A stretch of 33,577 bases of DNA from Alistipes sp. (GTDB lineage Bacteria; Bacteroidota; Bacteroidia; Bacteroidales; Rikenellaceae). The first letter of the stretch is position 1. Every line of letters begins with the position of its first letter. Position numbers and translations under genes: made by a program. The DNA lies in contig JAFVXS010000246.1 in NCBI GenBank assembly GCA_017501025.1, positions 1 through 33,577 of the forward strand. The letters are read 5' to 3'. Below are positions 8,004 through 17,416 of this stretch, piece by piece. Under the pieces are notes generated by a model. The model was not told where the DNA came from. It saw only the letters and a list, made by a program, of their open reading frames with translations, and ran no database searches.

Positions 8004-8966
8004 TTAGAAAAACTCCTGTTCAGCAGCACTCCTGCCTACGGTATGCACCTCTTGACGGACACGATTGAGCGAATCCAAACGCTGCACCTCACGCAACGAG
8101 TCTGCCGCAATCTTGGCGAGTTGCAACATCTCCATACGCTCGTTTTCTGCCGCGACAGCCCTCTCTATCGCCTCTGCCGATTGTGTCAGTCGCATCGAAA
8201 CCCTCGTACCGAACTCCACCAACGAATCCTGCGATATCGATTGCTCACAAACTCGGGCATCGCTCTGGTTTTGTAGCGTAACATCGCTCTCGAAGATGAC
8301 TTCACCAACATTCAAACCCATCTCCCACAAGCGACTTTTCGCCTCGAAAAGGTGACGACCCAACAACATCGGAACGGCTGTAACATTCTCGCCGGCACTA
8401 ACACCTACGGTCAAAGTGATACCACTGCCCTGCTCCGCCATAACTGCTGCCGAATCGGGCAAAATCTGCTCACCGTTGTAGTGTTGTGCCAAGACATAGT
8501 TGGTTGCTATATCATCCGTATAGACCAACTCTTTGATGGTAAAGCCGACACTCTCCAATATACTCTTTGCCTGACGCAACGAACGCTCGGCAACATAAGG
8601 CACTGCCATTCGACGTTGTGCCGAGGCGTTGATGGTAACATAAATCTTACGCCCCTTCTTTACAAAAACCTCCTTGTGTGGAAGTTGGTCCAAGACCGTT
8701 CCGCCTGCAACATTGCGAACATAGAGAGAGTCGTTGATTACCACCTCCAAACCACAATGCGAGGCGTAATACTCGGCATCGTCGATATGCAGACCCACCA
8801 AATTTGGCACGCTTTGACGTGTGCCGTGACGTGTGCCGATAGTCAGCATAATGTGCGAAAGTATCAGCAAAGCTGCCACAAAACAGACAATCCACAAAGC
8901 GTGTCTTATGATTGTGTGACGTGACAGCCACCCATTAACCTCTGTCGTTCTACGCTTTTTAGCCAT
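8004..8966 (-). CDS. PASTA-domain membrane protein
   Basis: N-terminal TM helix, TRHG, three repeats starting VPNLVG / VPYVAE / VPMLLG. Lies upstream of rluD, as is common in Bacteroidota. Confidence 0.88.
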   Translation of the reverse strand: MAKKRRTTEVNGWLSRHTIIRHALWIVCFVAALLILSHIMLTIGTRHGTRQSVPNLVGLHIDDAEYYASHCGLEVVINDSLYVRNVAGGTVLDQLPHKEVFVKKGRKIYVTINASAQRRMAVPYVAERSLRQAKSILESVGFTIKELVYTDDIATNYVLAQHYNGEQILPDSAAVMAEQGSGITLTVGVSAGENVTAVPMLLGRHLFEAKSRLWEMGLNVGEVIFESDVTLQNQSDARVCEQSISQDSLVEFGTRVSMRLTQSAEAIERAVAAENERMEMLQLAKIAADSLREVQRLDSLNRVRQEVHTVGRSAAEQEFF

Positions 8967-8971
8967 ATCTT

Positions 8972-10051
8972 TTATCGTTTTATCTCGTTATAGTGCGTAT
9001 CTCGCTCCACCGCACGAAATCCCGCTGTACGACACATCTGCTCGATTTCGGCAATGGTAATCATCGGACGCACATCCGCAGCACCTGCCATCGAATATAT
9101 CTTTGTCGAGTCGTCAATCGTACCATCCACATCATCGGCTCCGAATGCCAAAGCCAACTCCGCCACCTGCTTGCCATACATAACCCAATAGGCCTTTATG
9201 TGGGGAATATTATCCAAAATTATGCGGCTCATAGCCAATGTACGCAAATCATCCGTTACGGAGGTCTCGCCAATCGACGACATCTCATTATGGCGACTGC
9301 GGTACTTCAACGGAATAAATGCGTTAAATCCGCCCGACAAATCCTGTTGATGACGCAGACGCAAAAGATGGTCGATGCGATGTTCCACCTGCTCGATATG
9401 TCCATACAACATCGTTGCATTCGACGAAATACCCAATCGGTGTGCTGCTCCGTGCAGTGCAAGCCACTCTTCGGCGGTACACTTCTTCGGGCAGATGCGT
9501 TGTCGCAGTACCTCGTCAAAAATCTCGGCACCTCCGCCCGGGATAGACTCCATACCAGCCTCTTTCAACAACGACAAGCCCTCCTCCAACGATAAACCTG
9601 CCTTGCAAATCATATGGTGCAACTCCGCTGCCGTAAAGGCCTTGATACAGACATCGGGCATAATGCGGGCTATATTGCGAATCATATCGGCATAGTAGTA
9701 GATATCGCGGTCGGGATGAACTCCACCGACGATATGTATCTCGGTAGCACCACTATTACGACGGCTCTCGACATCCCGCAAAATCTCATCCATCGAGTAG
9801 TCCCAACTACCCTCTTCACCACGACGACGGCGATAGGAGCAGAACTTGCAGTCGAAGATACAGACATTCGACGGCTCGATATGGAAATTGCGGTTATAAA
9901 AGACCTTATCGCCACTCTTGCGACGTTTCAGTTCGACAGCCAACTCCGCCAAATGCCACAACGGAGCCTCACGCCACAGTATCAGTGCCTCGGCTGCATC
10001 GATACGCTCGCCACCGCTGACCTTTGCTACTACTTTATCGAGTGATGTCAT
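8972..10051 (-). CDS. mqnE: Aminofutalosine synthase MqnE (CofH/MqnC-family radical SAM)
   Basis: NRNFHIEPSNVCIFDCKFCSY, EIHIVGGVHP, KAFTAAE, SIPGGGAEIF, NATMLYGHIE, HIKAYWVM, GADDVDGT, ERDTHYN. Confidence 0.85.
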   Translation of the reverse strand: MTSLDKVVAKVSGGERIDAAEALILWREAPLWHLAELAVELKRRKSGDKVFYNRNFHIEPSNVCIFDCKFCSYRRRRGEEGSWDYSMDEILRDVESRRNSGATEIHIVGGVHPDRDIYYYADMIRNIARIMPDVCIKAFTAAELHHMICKAGLSLEEGLSLLKEAGMESIPGGGAEIFDEVLRQRICPKKCTAEEWLALHGAAHRLGISSNATMLYGHIEQVEHRIDHLLRLRHQQDLSGGFNAFIPLKYRSRHNEMSSIGETSVTDDLRTLAMSRIILDNIPHIKAYWVMYGKQVAELALAFGADDVDGTIDDSTKIYSMAGAADVRPMITIAEIEQMCRTAGFRAVERDTHYNEIKR

Positions 10052-10052
10052 A

Positions 10053-11183
10053 CTATTTCGGTGCTTTGCGATAGAGATAAATTCCGACCATCAAAAAGAG
10101 TACGTTCGGCAGCCACACTGCCAATGCAACAGGCATAGAACCACCCTTTGCAAACTCTTCGAATACTCGTGTCAGCATAATATACGAGAAACAGAGTGCT
10201 ATACCGATACCGAGGTGTGCACCCGTTCCGCCTCGCACCTTACGCGACGAGAGCGATACGCCAATCAGTGTCAGGATAAACGTTCCGAATGGATAGGCAA
10301 AGCGGGTATGGTGTTCAACCTCAATCTGTCGGAGCGAATCGGAGCCCTTCGACCGCTGCTGCTCCAAGAAGGTGTTCAGTTCGACAATATTCATCGTTTT
10401 TAGCAGCTCGCCCAAACGACCCAACTCCACAACATCGAGGTTGATAATCGTATCGAGATTACGCTGCTGCACAAAGCTCTCGTTACCCTCCTTGTCGAAC
10501 GTACGCTCGGTATATCGCTGACCACTCCAACGCTTTGTTTCGGGATTAAATCGAACATCCGATGCCTCCAATACTGCCACCACACGATTATTTTCGAAAC
10601 GCTCCAACACAAAGAATGACGCCACCGAACTCGACTTGCTGAAACCTCGAATATAGGCAAACGTTCCCGGCTCGATTTGGCGGTAGATATGGCGGTCGTA
10701 CTGCTCACGGGCTCGACGTGGGATATACTTCTGCTCGAATGCCACGCAATCCTGCTGCGAGATAGGTATCAACCACAGACTCATAACCAACGATATGGTG
10801 GTAATGATGGTCGCACCAACAAAATATGGCCACATCAATCGACGGAAACTCATACCACCCGACAACATCGCCACAATCTCGGTCTGATACGCCAGCTTCG
10901 AGGTAAAGAAGATTACGGCAATAAAGGTAAAGAGTGCCGAGAATTGATTGACAAAGAATGGTATAAACTTCAAGTAGTAGTCGAAAATCACAGCCGATAC
11001 GGGAGCGTGTGTCGCCGTAAAGTCGTCAATCTTCTCGACATAGTCAAAGACCACAACCACGACGATAATCATCGCTATCGCAAAGAGATATGTTCCGACA
11101 AACTTGCCGATAATATAGCGGTCCAAAATCTTCAAGCCCGGAAACCAGGATTGTCGTGCGTTATATTCGGGTTTCATTGCCAT
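10053..11183 (-). CDS. LptF/LptG LPS export permease
   Basis: KILDRYIIGKF, TEIVAMLSGGMSFRRL, FAYPF..ILTLIGVSL, AVWLPN. Confidence 0.9.
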   Translation of the reverse strand: MAMKPEYNARQSWFPGLKILDRYIIGKFVGTYLFAIAMIIVVVVVFDYVEKIDDFTATHAPVSAVIFDYYLKFIPFFVNQFSALFTFIAVIFFTSKLAYQTEIVAMLSGGMSFRRLMWPYFVGATIITTISLVMSLWLIPISQQDCVAFEQKYIPRRAREQYDRHIYRQIEPGTFAYIRGFSKSSSVASFFVLERFENNRVVAVLEASDVRFNPETKRWSGQRYTERTFDKEGNESFVQQRNLDTIINLDVVELGRLGELLKTMNIVELNTFLEQQRSKGSDSLRQIEVEHHTRFAYPFGTFILTLIGVSLSSRKVRGGTGAHLGIGIALCFSYIMLTRVFEEFAKGGSMPVALAVWLPNVLFLMVGIYLYRKAPK

Positions 11184-11205
11184 AGTTATCTGCTCTTTTC
11201 AAATT

Positions 11206-12336
11206 TTACAATCGTTGCGAAAGGCGTACCACCATCTGCTCCTTCCACTCGGCAAAGTCGCCTGCCAAGATATGTTTGCGAGCCTCGCCAACAAGCCACA
11301 AATAGAATCCCACATTGTGCATCGAAGCGATTTGAGCCGCCAGCATCTCGCCACATACTACCAAATGGTGAAGATATGCCTTCGTATAGCACCTATCGAC
11401 AAAGGTTGTACCCGCAGGGTCGATAGGCGAAAAGTCGTTCTCCCACTTTTTGTTGCGGATATTTATCACGCCCTCACTCGTAAAGAGTTGTCCGTTGCGT
11501 CCGTTGCGGGTAGGCATCACGCAATCGAACATATCCACACCTCGGGCAATACCCTCCAAAATGTTTATCGGAGTACCTACACCCATCAGATAGCGTGGCT
11601 TATCCTGTGGCAGAACAGCATTTACAACCTCAATCATCGCATACATAACGTCGGTCGGCTCGCCTACTGCCAAACCACCAATAGCATAGCCATCGGCATC
11701 GTACTGCAAGACATTCTCCGCCGCCTTTGCTCGCAAATCGGCATAGCAACACCCCTGAACAATCGGGAACAACGACTGCGAGTGTCCATATTTAGGCGAG
11801 GTCTTGTGATACTGATTGAAACAACGCTCCAACCAACGCTCGGTCAGTGCCAACGACTTTGCGGCATAGTCACGCGGAGCATCCCCCGGAGGGCACTCGT
11901 CGAATGCCATCATAATATCGGCACCGATAGTTCGTTCGGTATCAATCACACTTTCGGGTGTAAAGAGGTGACGCGAACCGTCGATATGCGATTGGAAGTG
12001 ACAACCCTCCTCCTTCAAACGACGACACGCCGCCAGCGAAAAAACCTGAAATCCGCCACTGTCGGTGAGCATAGGTCGCTCCCACGACGAGAAGCGATGC
12101 ACACCACCCGCCTCCTCCAAAATCTTCATTCCGGGACGCAGGTAGAGGTGGTATGTATTTGCAAGGATGATTTGTGCCTTGACCTCATCGACCATATCGC
12201 GATGGAATATGCCCTTCATCGCAGCAGCAGTACCCACAGGCATAAAAATCGGAGTCTGCACCGTACCGTGGTCGGTCGTAAAGCTGCCCGCACGAGCAGC
12301 CGTTTTACTATCTTTACACTCTAAAACAAACTTCAT
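11206..12336 (-). CDS. tgt: Queuine tRNA-ribosyltransferase
   Basis: TPIFMPVGT, LANTYHL, LTDSGGFQVFSL, MAFDEC, IGGLAVGE, YLMGVG, DMFDCVMPTRNGRNG. Start placed at ATG 12336 (MKFVLECK). Confidence 0.97.
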   Translation of the reverse strand: MKFVLECKDSKTAARAGSFTTDHGTVQTPIFMPVGTAAAMKGIFHRDMVDEVKAQIILANTYHLYLRPGMKILEEAGGVHRFSSWERPMLTDSGGFQVFSLAACRRLKEEGCHFQSHIDGSRHLFTPESVIDTERTIGADIMMAFDECPPGDAPRDYAAKSLALTERWLERCFNQYHKTSPKYGHSQSLFPIVQGCCYADLRAKAAENVLQYDADGYAIGGLAVGEPTDVMYAMIEVVNAVLPQDKPRYLMGVGTPINILEGIARGVDMFDCVMPTRNGRNGQLFTSEGVINIRNKKWENDFSPIDPAGTTFVDRCYTKAYLHHLVVCGEMLAAQIASMHNVGFYLWLVGEARKHILAGDFAEWKEQMVVRLSQRL

Positions 12337-12342
12337 AGCGGA

Positions 12343-12350
12343 CAAAGATA
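12343..12350 (-). promoter_or_regulatory. -7 promoter box (TATCTTTG) of tgt
   Basis: caaagata on +; 6 nt upstream of the tgt ATG. Confidence 0.6.
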
Positions 12351-12423
12351 GTGATTTTCCTACAATATGACAACTCGCCAAGCAACTATTTAGTTGCTTG
12401 ACACAAAATTGGTCAAAACCTGC

Positions 12424-13323
12424 CTAAAATGACATTGGGGCTTTGATGGTCGGATGGGGGTCATAACCCTCCAATGTGAAGTCCTCGAAACGGAAGTCGA
12501 AGATTGACTTCACATCGGGGTTGAGCTTCATCACCGGCAACTTGCGAGGCTCGCGTTGCAACTGCTCGGCGGCCTGTTCCAAGTGGTTGAGATAGAGGTG
12601 TGTATCGCCCATCGTATGGATAAACTCACCCACTCCCAAACCACAAACCTGTGCAATCATCATCGTCAGCAGTGCATACGATGCGATATTGAACGGAACA
12701 CCCAAAAACGTATCACACGAACGCTGGTAGAGTTGGCACGACAGACGTCCGTCGGCAACATAGAATTGGAACAAGACGTGACAAGGCGGCAGTGCCATAT
12801 CCTCGATATCGGCAACATTCCACGCCGAGACAATCATACGACGCGAATCGGGATTTTCACGAATAGTACGCACAACATCGGCAATCTGATCTATTGCCGA
12901 GCCGTCGAGTCGTCCCCACTGTCGCCACTGATGACCGTAAACGTGGTTCAAATCGCCGAAACGATAGCCCTCGATTGGCGAGTCGATACCCTCCGATGCT
13001 GCCTTCAAAAACTCCTCTCGGGTTACGGGCAATACACTATGGCGGCAACACAACTCGTTGTAGTAGCGGTATGCGTCGTTATCCCAGATATGCACATCGT
13101 TATCGACCAGATATTTGATGTTGGTATCGCCCTTCAAAAACCACAACAACTCGTGGATAATACCTCGCAAAAAGACACGCTTGGTGGTAAGCAACGGGAA
13201 GCCCTCGTTCAAATCGAATCGCATTTGGTGACCAAACACGCTCTTTGTTCCCGTTCCTGTGCGGTCACTCTTGACCGTACCCTCGGTGGTAATGCGTTTC
13301 AGAAGGTCGAGATACTGTTTCAT
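12424..13323 (-). CDS. thyA: Thymidylate synthase (long form)
   Basis: [60 protein letters not shown]. Confidence 0.97.
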   Translation of the reverse strand: MKQYLDLLKRITTEGTVKSDRTGTGTKSVFGHQMRFDLNEGFPLLTTKRVFLRGIIHELLWFLKGDTNIKYLVDNDVHIWDNDAYRYYNELCCRHSVLPVTREEFLKAASEGIDSPIEGYRFGDLNHVYGHQWRQWGRLDGSAIDQIADVVRTIRENPDSRRMIVSAWNVADIEDMALPPCHVLFQFYVADGRLSCQLYQRSCDTFLGVPFNIASYALLTMMIAQVCGLGVGEFIHTMGDTHLYLNHLEQAAEQLQREPRKLPVMKLNPDVKSIFDFRFEDFTLEGYDPHPTIKAPMSF

Positions 13324-13341
13324 ACGGAATAACGCTATTTA

Positions 13342-14073
13342 TTACTCAAAATTTTTCTGCTCAACGTTGCCCTCCCCATCAATCTGCACATAGTTCGGAC
13401 AGCTATGCCAATCGCCCATAAAACGCACTTTGTACGACGGAGTATCAAACGCTGCCGTAGCGTGCATATGTCCAAATATGAAGAGGTCGATTTTATGCTC
13501 TGCCGCATAGCTCTCGGCATAGTCACACAGTGGTTGCAAGTGTGCCTCGTAGTTGGAGTCTTTGTGCGATTTTCGGGAACATCCGCTCCACCAACAACCA
13601 AATTTCAATGCGAGGTCGGGGTGAATAAGCCACGCAAACAGAAATCGCAATACACGCGAACGGAAAACCCAATTAAGCAGTTTCAACAATGGTTGTCCGT
13701 TGATATTCATATTGTCGCCGTGAGCCACGAACAGTCGAAGATTTGCAACCGAAAACTCTTGTGGTTTTTTGTAAAGTTCCACACCGCACTCTCGTTGCAG
13801 ATAGTCGCACTGCCACATATCGTGATTGCCCGTAAGATAGACTATTCGCACGCCCTTATCGTGAAGAGCGGCCAATCGTCCCAACACCCTCACAAAACCC
13901 TTTGGAACAACGCGATTATACTCAAACCAAAAGTCGAATATATCGCCAACCAAAAAGAGCATCTCCGCATCGTCGGCAATAGTATCGAGCCAACGACAAA
14001 ACCGTTGCTCGACTGTGCGTGCATCCTCCGCAGCACCGCCTCCGAGGTGTATATCCGATACGAAGTAGTACAT
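13342..14073 (-). CDS. lpxH: UDP-2,3-diacylglucosamine diphosphatase
   Basis: Calcineurin-like motifs SDIHLG, GDIFDFW, GNHD, HGD, GHMH, GDW. Confidence 0.85.
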   Translation of the reverse strand: MYYFVSDIHLGGGAAEDARTVEQRFCRWLDTIADDAEMLFLVGDIFDFWFEYNRVVPKGFVRVLGRLAALHDKGVRIVYLTGNHDMWQCDYLQRECGVELYKKPQEFSVANLRLFVAHGDNMNINGQPLLKLLNWVFRSRVLRFLFAWLIHPDLALKFGCWWSGCSRKSHKDSNYEAHLQPLCDYAESYAAEHKIDLFIFGHMHATAAFDTPSYKVRFMGDWHSCPNYVQIDGEGNVEQKNFE

Positions 14074-14084
14074 AGTGTATTGAT

Positions 14085-15215
14085 TTACAGCAATTTGTCA
14101 AGTTCGGTTTCGAGGGCTTTGCTATACAGATTTCTGCCCACAATCTTTCCGTCTCGGTCGATAAGGTAGTTTGTCGGCAGACTGCGAACATTGTAGTTAC
14201 CCACAATCGGAGACTTCTCGCCACAGAAATCGCACACCGAAATCCACGGCAAATCCTGCTCCTGCACCGCCTTAATCCAAGTCGCCTTCATCGTGTCGAG
14301 TGACACCTGAAAAACTTGGAAACCCTTATCGGCATAACGGGCATAAATCTCCTTCAAATCGGCATTCAGCGCATTGCTGTTACCCAACTCTGCCGACCAG
14401 AAATCGACCAATATAACCTGACCTGCCAACGACGAGAGTTGTTGCTTGTCGCCATAGATGTCAAACGCCTCGATTTCGGGATAATCACGCTCCTTAATCG
14501 ATTGAAGCAGCGATGTTTGTGCCTCCATACGGGCAACATCGTTGCACAACTTTATGAGATATGGCGACTCGGGATAGCTCTCCTCAACAGCATCGGCAAC
14601 GGTTCGATAGTATGTCAAGTCGGTCAGAGCATCGACCAAATTCATCTCGCCAGCCAGACGCTGATAGAGAACATAGACCGCTGCAAGAGTGTGCTTGTTG
14701 GCGATGATAAACGATATCTGGTCGCGTTTGATTTGGAGATAAGTTGCATTGTAGCTGCGTGCAATTTCGGGTTTGGTCTGCTCGTCGGCCTGACCATACT
14801 CTACCGCCTTCTGTTGCAAGGTACGAACACCCTCAACGTAGCCCTTATTAAACTCGTGCAACAACTCCGATTCGCGAGAGCCACTGACCGTATAGTTTGC
14901 CAAGACGCTACCCAACGAGTTGAGCACGATATCGTCGCCACCCTTTACGAGCAACGGTATTCGCTCGTTGCGACACACCAAGTGATAGATAGTAGGTGTC
15001 TGTGCGACATTTTTCAGAGCAAAGCGGTAGGAGCCATCGTTTGCCAAAGCGACCGAATCAATCATCTTCTCGCCCGCAGGGGTCGATTGTTCGAGATAGA
15101 TTTTATCGACACTGACGCCTATCAGTTTTCCCGATATTACGGCATCGCTGTTTTTGCACGATACAAAGCTCAAAACTATTGATAGCAGCAGTGCTGCCAA
15201 AGCGGTTTTCTTCAT
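14085..15215 (-). CDS. DUF4369 + TlpA/thioredoxin-fold lipoprotein lacking CxxC
   Basis: Lipobox FVS-C. C-terminal LSSLAGQVILVDFW...VSLD...LPWISV...YNVRSLPTNYLIDRDGKIV. Confidence 0.8.
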   Translation of the reverse strand: MKKTALAALLLSIVLSFVSCKNSDAVISGKLIGVSVDKIYLEQSTPAGEKMIDSVALANDGSYRFALKNVAQTPTIYHLVCRNERIPLLVKGGDDIVLNSLGSVLANYTVSGSRESELLHEFNKGYVEGVRTLQQKAVEYGQADEQTKPEIARSYNATYLQIKRDQISFIIANKHTLAAVYVLYQRLAGEMNLVDALTDLTYYRTVADAVEESYPESPYLIKLCNDVARMEAQTSLLQSIKERDYPEIEAFDIYGDKQQLSSLAGQVILVDFWSAELGNSNALNADLKEIYARYADKGFQVFQVSLDTMKATWIKAVQEQDLPWISVCDFCGEKSPIVGNYNVRSLPTNYLIDRDGKIVGRNLYSKALETELDKLL

Positions 15216-15301
15216 AAAAGATGTTCTAAAACTTCGTAAAAATAGTCATTTTCCCTTAAAACGACAAATTCTTGCCATCTATTGTGTCGAAGAGACACCT
15301 A

Positions 15302-15982
15302 TTAACGCCCCTGTTGCTGATTGCGATGGTGATTTTTTGCGGTGTGTGTTCGCTGTTGGGTCTTCTGTTTCGACTTCTGCTGCTGTCGTTTTGCACCCTT
15401 TGCCGATTGATGCTGCTGATGGTTGTTTTTGTAGTCGTTTCGGAGCAAATTCAGAGCATTTTCATCGAGTTCGATACCATTTCCGGACATTGTACGTATA
15501 TCCTTTATAATCACCTCGTTATTCGGGTGGTCGAGGTTGTATTCGAAGCTCTTGATACGCATATATCTCGCGATATTATCGACCGCATTACGCACCCCCT
15601 CGGCATTGTCGCTATGAGCCAAAAATTTGAGCAGACGCGCAACATACTTGCCATAGTGTTTGAACGATATTTTGCTCTGCGGGTATGGCATCGGATGGGG
15701 CTTAACCATAACACTCTCGCGAGTAGGGAGAGCGTATGGGCTATCGACATCCAACTGAAAATCAGACATTATGAAGAGGTGGTCCCACAGTTTGTGGGTG
15801 AAATCTGCCGTATCACGCAACAGCGGATTGAGATTTCCCATAACGGCAATTACCGCCTTTGCCTGACGTGTTCGCTCGGTGCGGTCCTCGATTTCGAGCA
15901 ACGAATCGACCATCTCCTGAATATGGCGACCATACTCGGGCAGATACAATTTTCGACGTGTGTAGTTATAATTTTTTTTCAT
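15302..15982 (-). CDS. DUF4290-domain protein
   Basis: YNYTRRKLYLPEYGRHIQEMV, KLWDHLFIMSDFQLDVDSPY, HYGK; basic, Gln-rich tail. Confidence 0.9.
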   Translation of the reverse strand: MKKNYNYTRRKLYLPEYGRHIQEMVDSLLEIEDRTERTRQAKAVIAVMGNLNPLLRDTADFTHKLWDHLFIMSDFQLDVDSPYALPTRESVMVKPHPMPYPQSKISFKHYGKYVARLLKFLAHSDNAEGVRNAVDNIARYMRIKSFEYNLDHPNNEVIIKDIRTMSGNGIELDENALNLLRNDYKNNHQQHQSAKGAKRQQQKSKQKTQQRTHTAKNHHRNQQQGR

Positions 15983-16139
15983 AAAAATAGTGTGAAATCA
16001 ACCCAACAAAAACGGGTAAAATCATACCCTAAAAAGAGTATTGAGGCATCTCATTTGGGTTGAATTTGAGATTGCTGTCGCAAGCGACGTGCAGTACGCA
16101 ACAATGGCGTTATCTCGAAACAAAACTGTAATTTTGATG

Positions 16140-16147
16140 CAAATATA
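16140..16147 (-). promoter_or_regulatory. -7 promoter box (TATATTTG) for the DUF4290 gene
   Basis: caaatata on +, in the divergent intergenic region. Implies a ~150-nt leader. Confidence 0.5.
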
Positions 16148-16172
16148 TATATTTTTTTTCAAGCGAGCAACT

Positions 16173-17324
16173 ATGACTAAAATTTTACTTGTCGAGCACT
16201 CAAAAAGTGTGCGAAACAACCTACGTGAACGATTGGAATTTGAGGGTATCGCAACCGATATTGCGAACGATGGCGCGGCAGCTGCCGAGCTATGTCGTGC
16301 GGGCAATTTCGATTTGATGCTCATCGACGATATCGAGCCTCTTCCCGAAGCCGAAATACCGATGATTGTACTATCGACCACCAATAGTTTGGACGGAGCC
16401 ATCGACGCCCTGCACAAAGGGGCTATCGACTTTATTACCAGACCGATAGATATGAATCGGCTACTCACCACCATTCGTCGCACAACCGCTACGGATGGCG
16501 ACCGTGAAACCACTCGTCGTTCGGCTGCCACACCTCGTCACGTTCGTCGTTCGGCAGCCCACTCTTCCACAACTATCGAGCCGATTGTGGGCGACTCCGA
16601 AGCAATCAGACAGGTACGCCGACTAATCGATAAAGTTGCCCCATCCGAGGCTCGAATTTTGGTCACGGGCGAGAACGGAACCGGCAAGGAGTTGGTTGCC
16701 CGATGGCTCCACGCAAAGAGCCGTCGTGCGGAGCAACCGTTCGTCGAGATAAACTGTGCAGCGATACCATCCGAACTGATTGAGAGCGAGTTGTTTGGTC
16801 ACGAACGAGGAGCCTTTACATCTGCCATAAAACAGCGTAAAGGAAAGTTCGAGCAGGCGAACGGCGGCACACTCTTTATGGACGAAATAGGCGATATGTC
16901 GGCAGCGGCACAAGCGAAGGTTTTGCGAGCGTTGCAGGAGCGGAAAATTTCGAGGGTTGGCTCCGACCGCGACATCGAGGTCGATGTCCGCATCATCGCC
17001 GCCACGAACAAAAATCTCCGCGAAGAGATTGCGGCAGGTCGGTTTCGCGAAGACCTCTACCATCGTTTGAGTGTAATTATCATCGGCGTACCGCCACTCC
17101 GAGAGCGAAGAGGCGATATTCCTCTACTCGTAGAACACTTTATCGAGCAGATTTCGCAAGAGGAGGGCGTAGCACCAAAACCTATCGAAAAGTGTGCTCT
17201 CGAACGTCTGACAATGTTGGATTGGAGCGGAAATGTCCGCGAATTGCGAAACGTGGTCGAACGTCTTATGGTGTTGAGTGGCGATACGATTACACTCGAC
17301 GATATAGAACAATACTGCCAATAA
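16173..17324 (+). CDS. NtrC/NtrX-type sigma54-interacting AAA+ regulator with degenerate receiver and no HTH
   Basis: GENGTGKE, ESELFGHERGAFTSA, GTLFMDEIGDM, RIIAATNK, FREDLYHRL, WSGNVRELRN. Start placed at ATG 16173 (MTKILLVE). Confidence 0.88.
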   Translation: MTKILLVEHSKSVRNNLRERLEFEGIATDIANDGAAAAELCRAGNFDLMLIDDIEPLPEAEIPMIVLSTTNSLDGAIDALHKGAIDFITRPIDMNRLLTTIRRTTATDGDRETTRRSAATPRHVRRSAAHSSTTIEPIVGDSEAIRQVRRLIDKVAPSEARILVTGENGTGKELVARWLHAKSRRAEQPFVEINCAAIPSELIESELFGHERGAFTSAIKQRKGKFEQANGGTLFMDEIGDMSAAAQAKVLRALQERKISRVGSDRDIEVDVRIIAATNKNLREEIAAGRFREDLYHRLSVIIIGVPPLRERRGDIPLLVEHFIEQISQEEGVAPKPIEKCALERLTMLDWSGNVRELRNVVERLMVLSGDTITLDDIEQYCQ

Positions 17325-17416
17325 TATCGTAGGCAGCCGATGTGGCTATCGCCGATACGACATTTATGACGACGCTTTGCTTTACGACGGCGGGATTACA
17401 GCCCTTAATAACGAGT

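Noticed and set aside
16041-16172. Extended N-termini in the ORF track (regulator from 16041; also tgt 12381, nadC 20471, birA 25877, dapD 27183)
   Set aside because: They use alternative start codons, often run through promoter boxes or upstream features, and family-typical sequence begins at the downstream ATG in each case.
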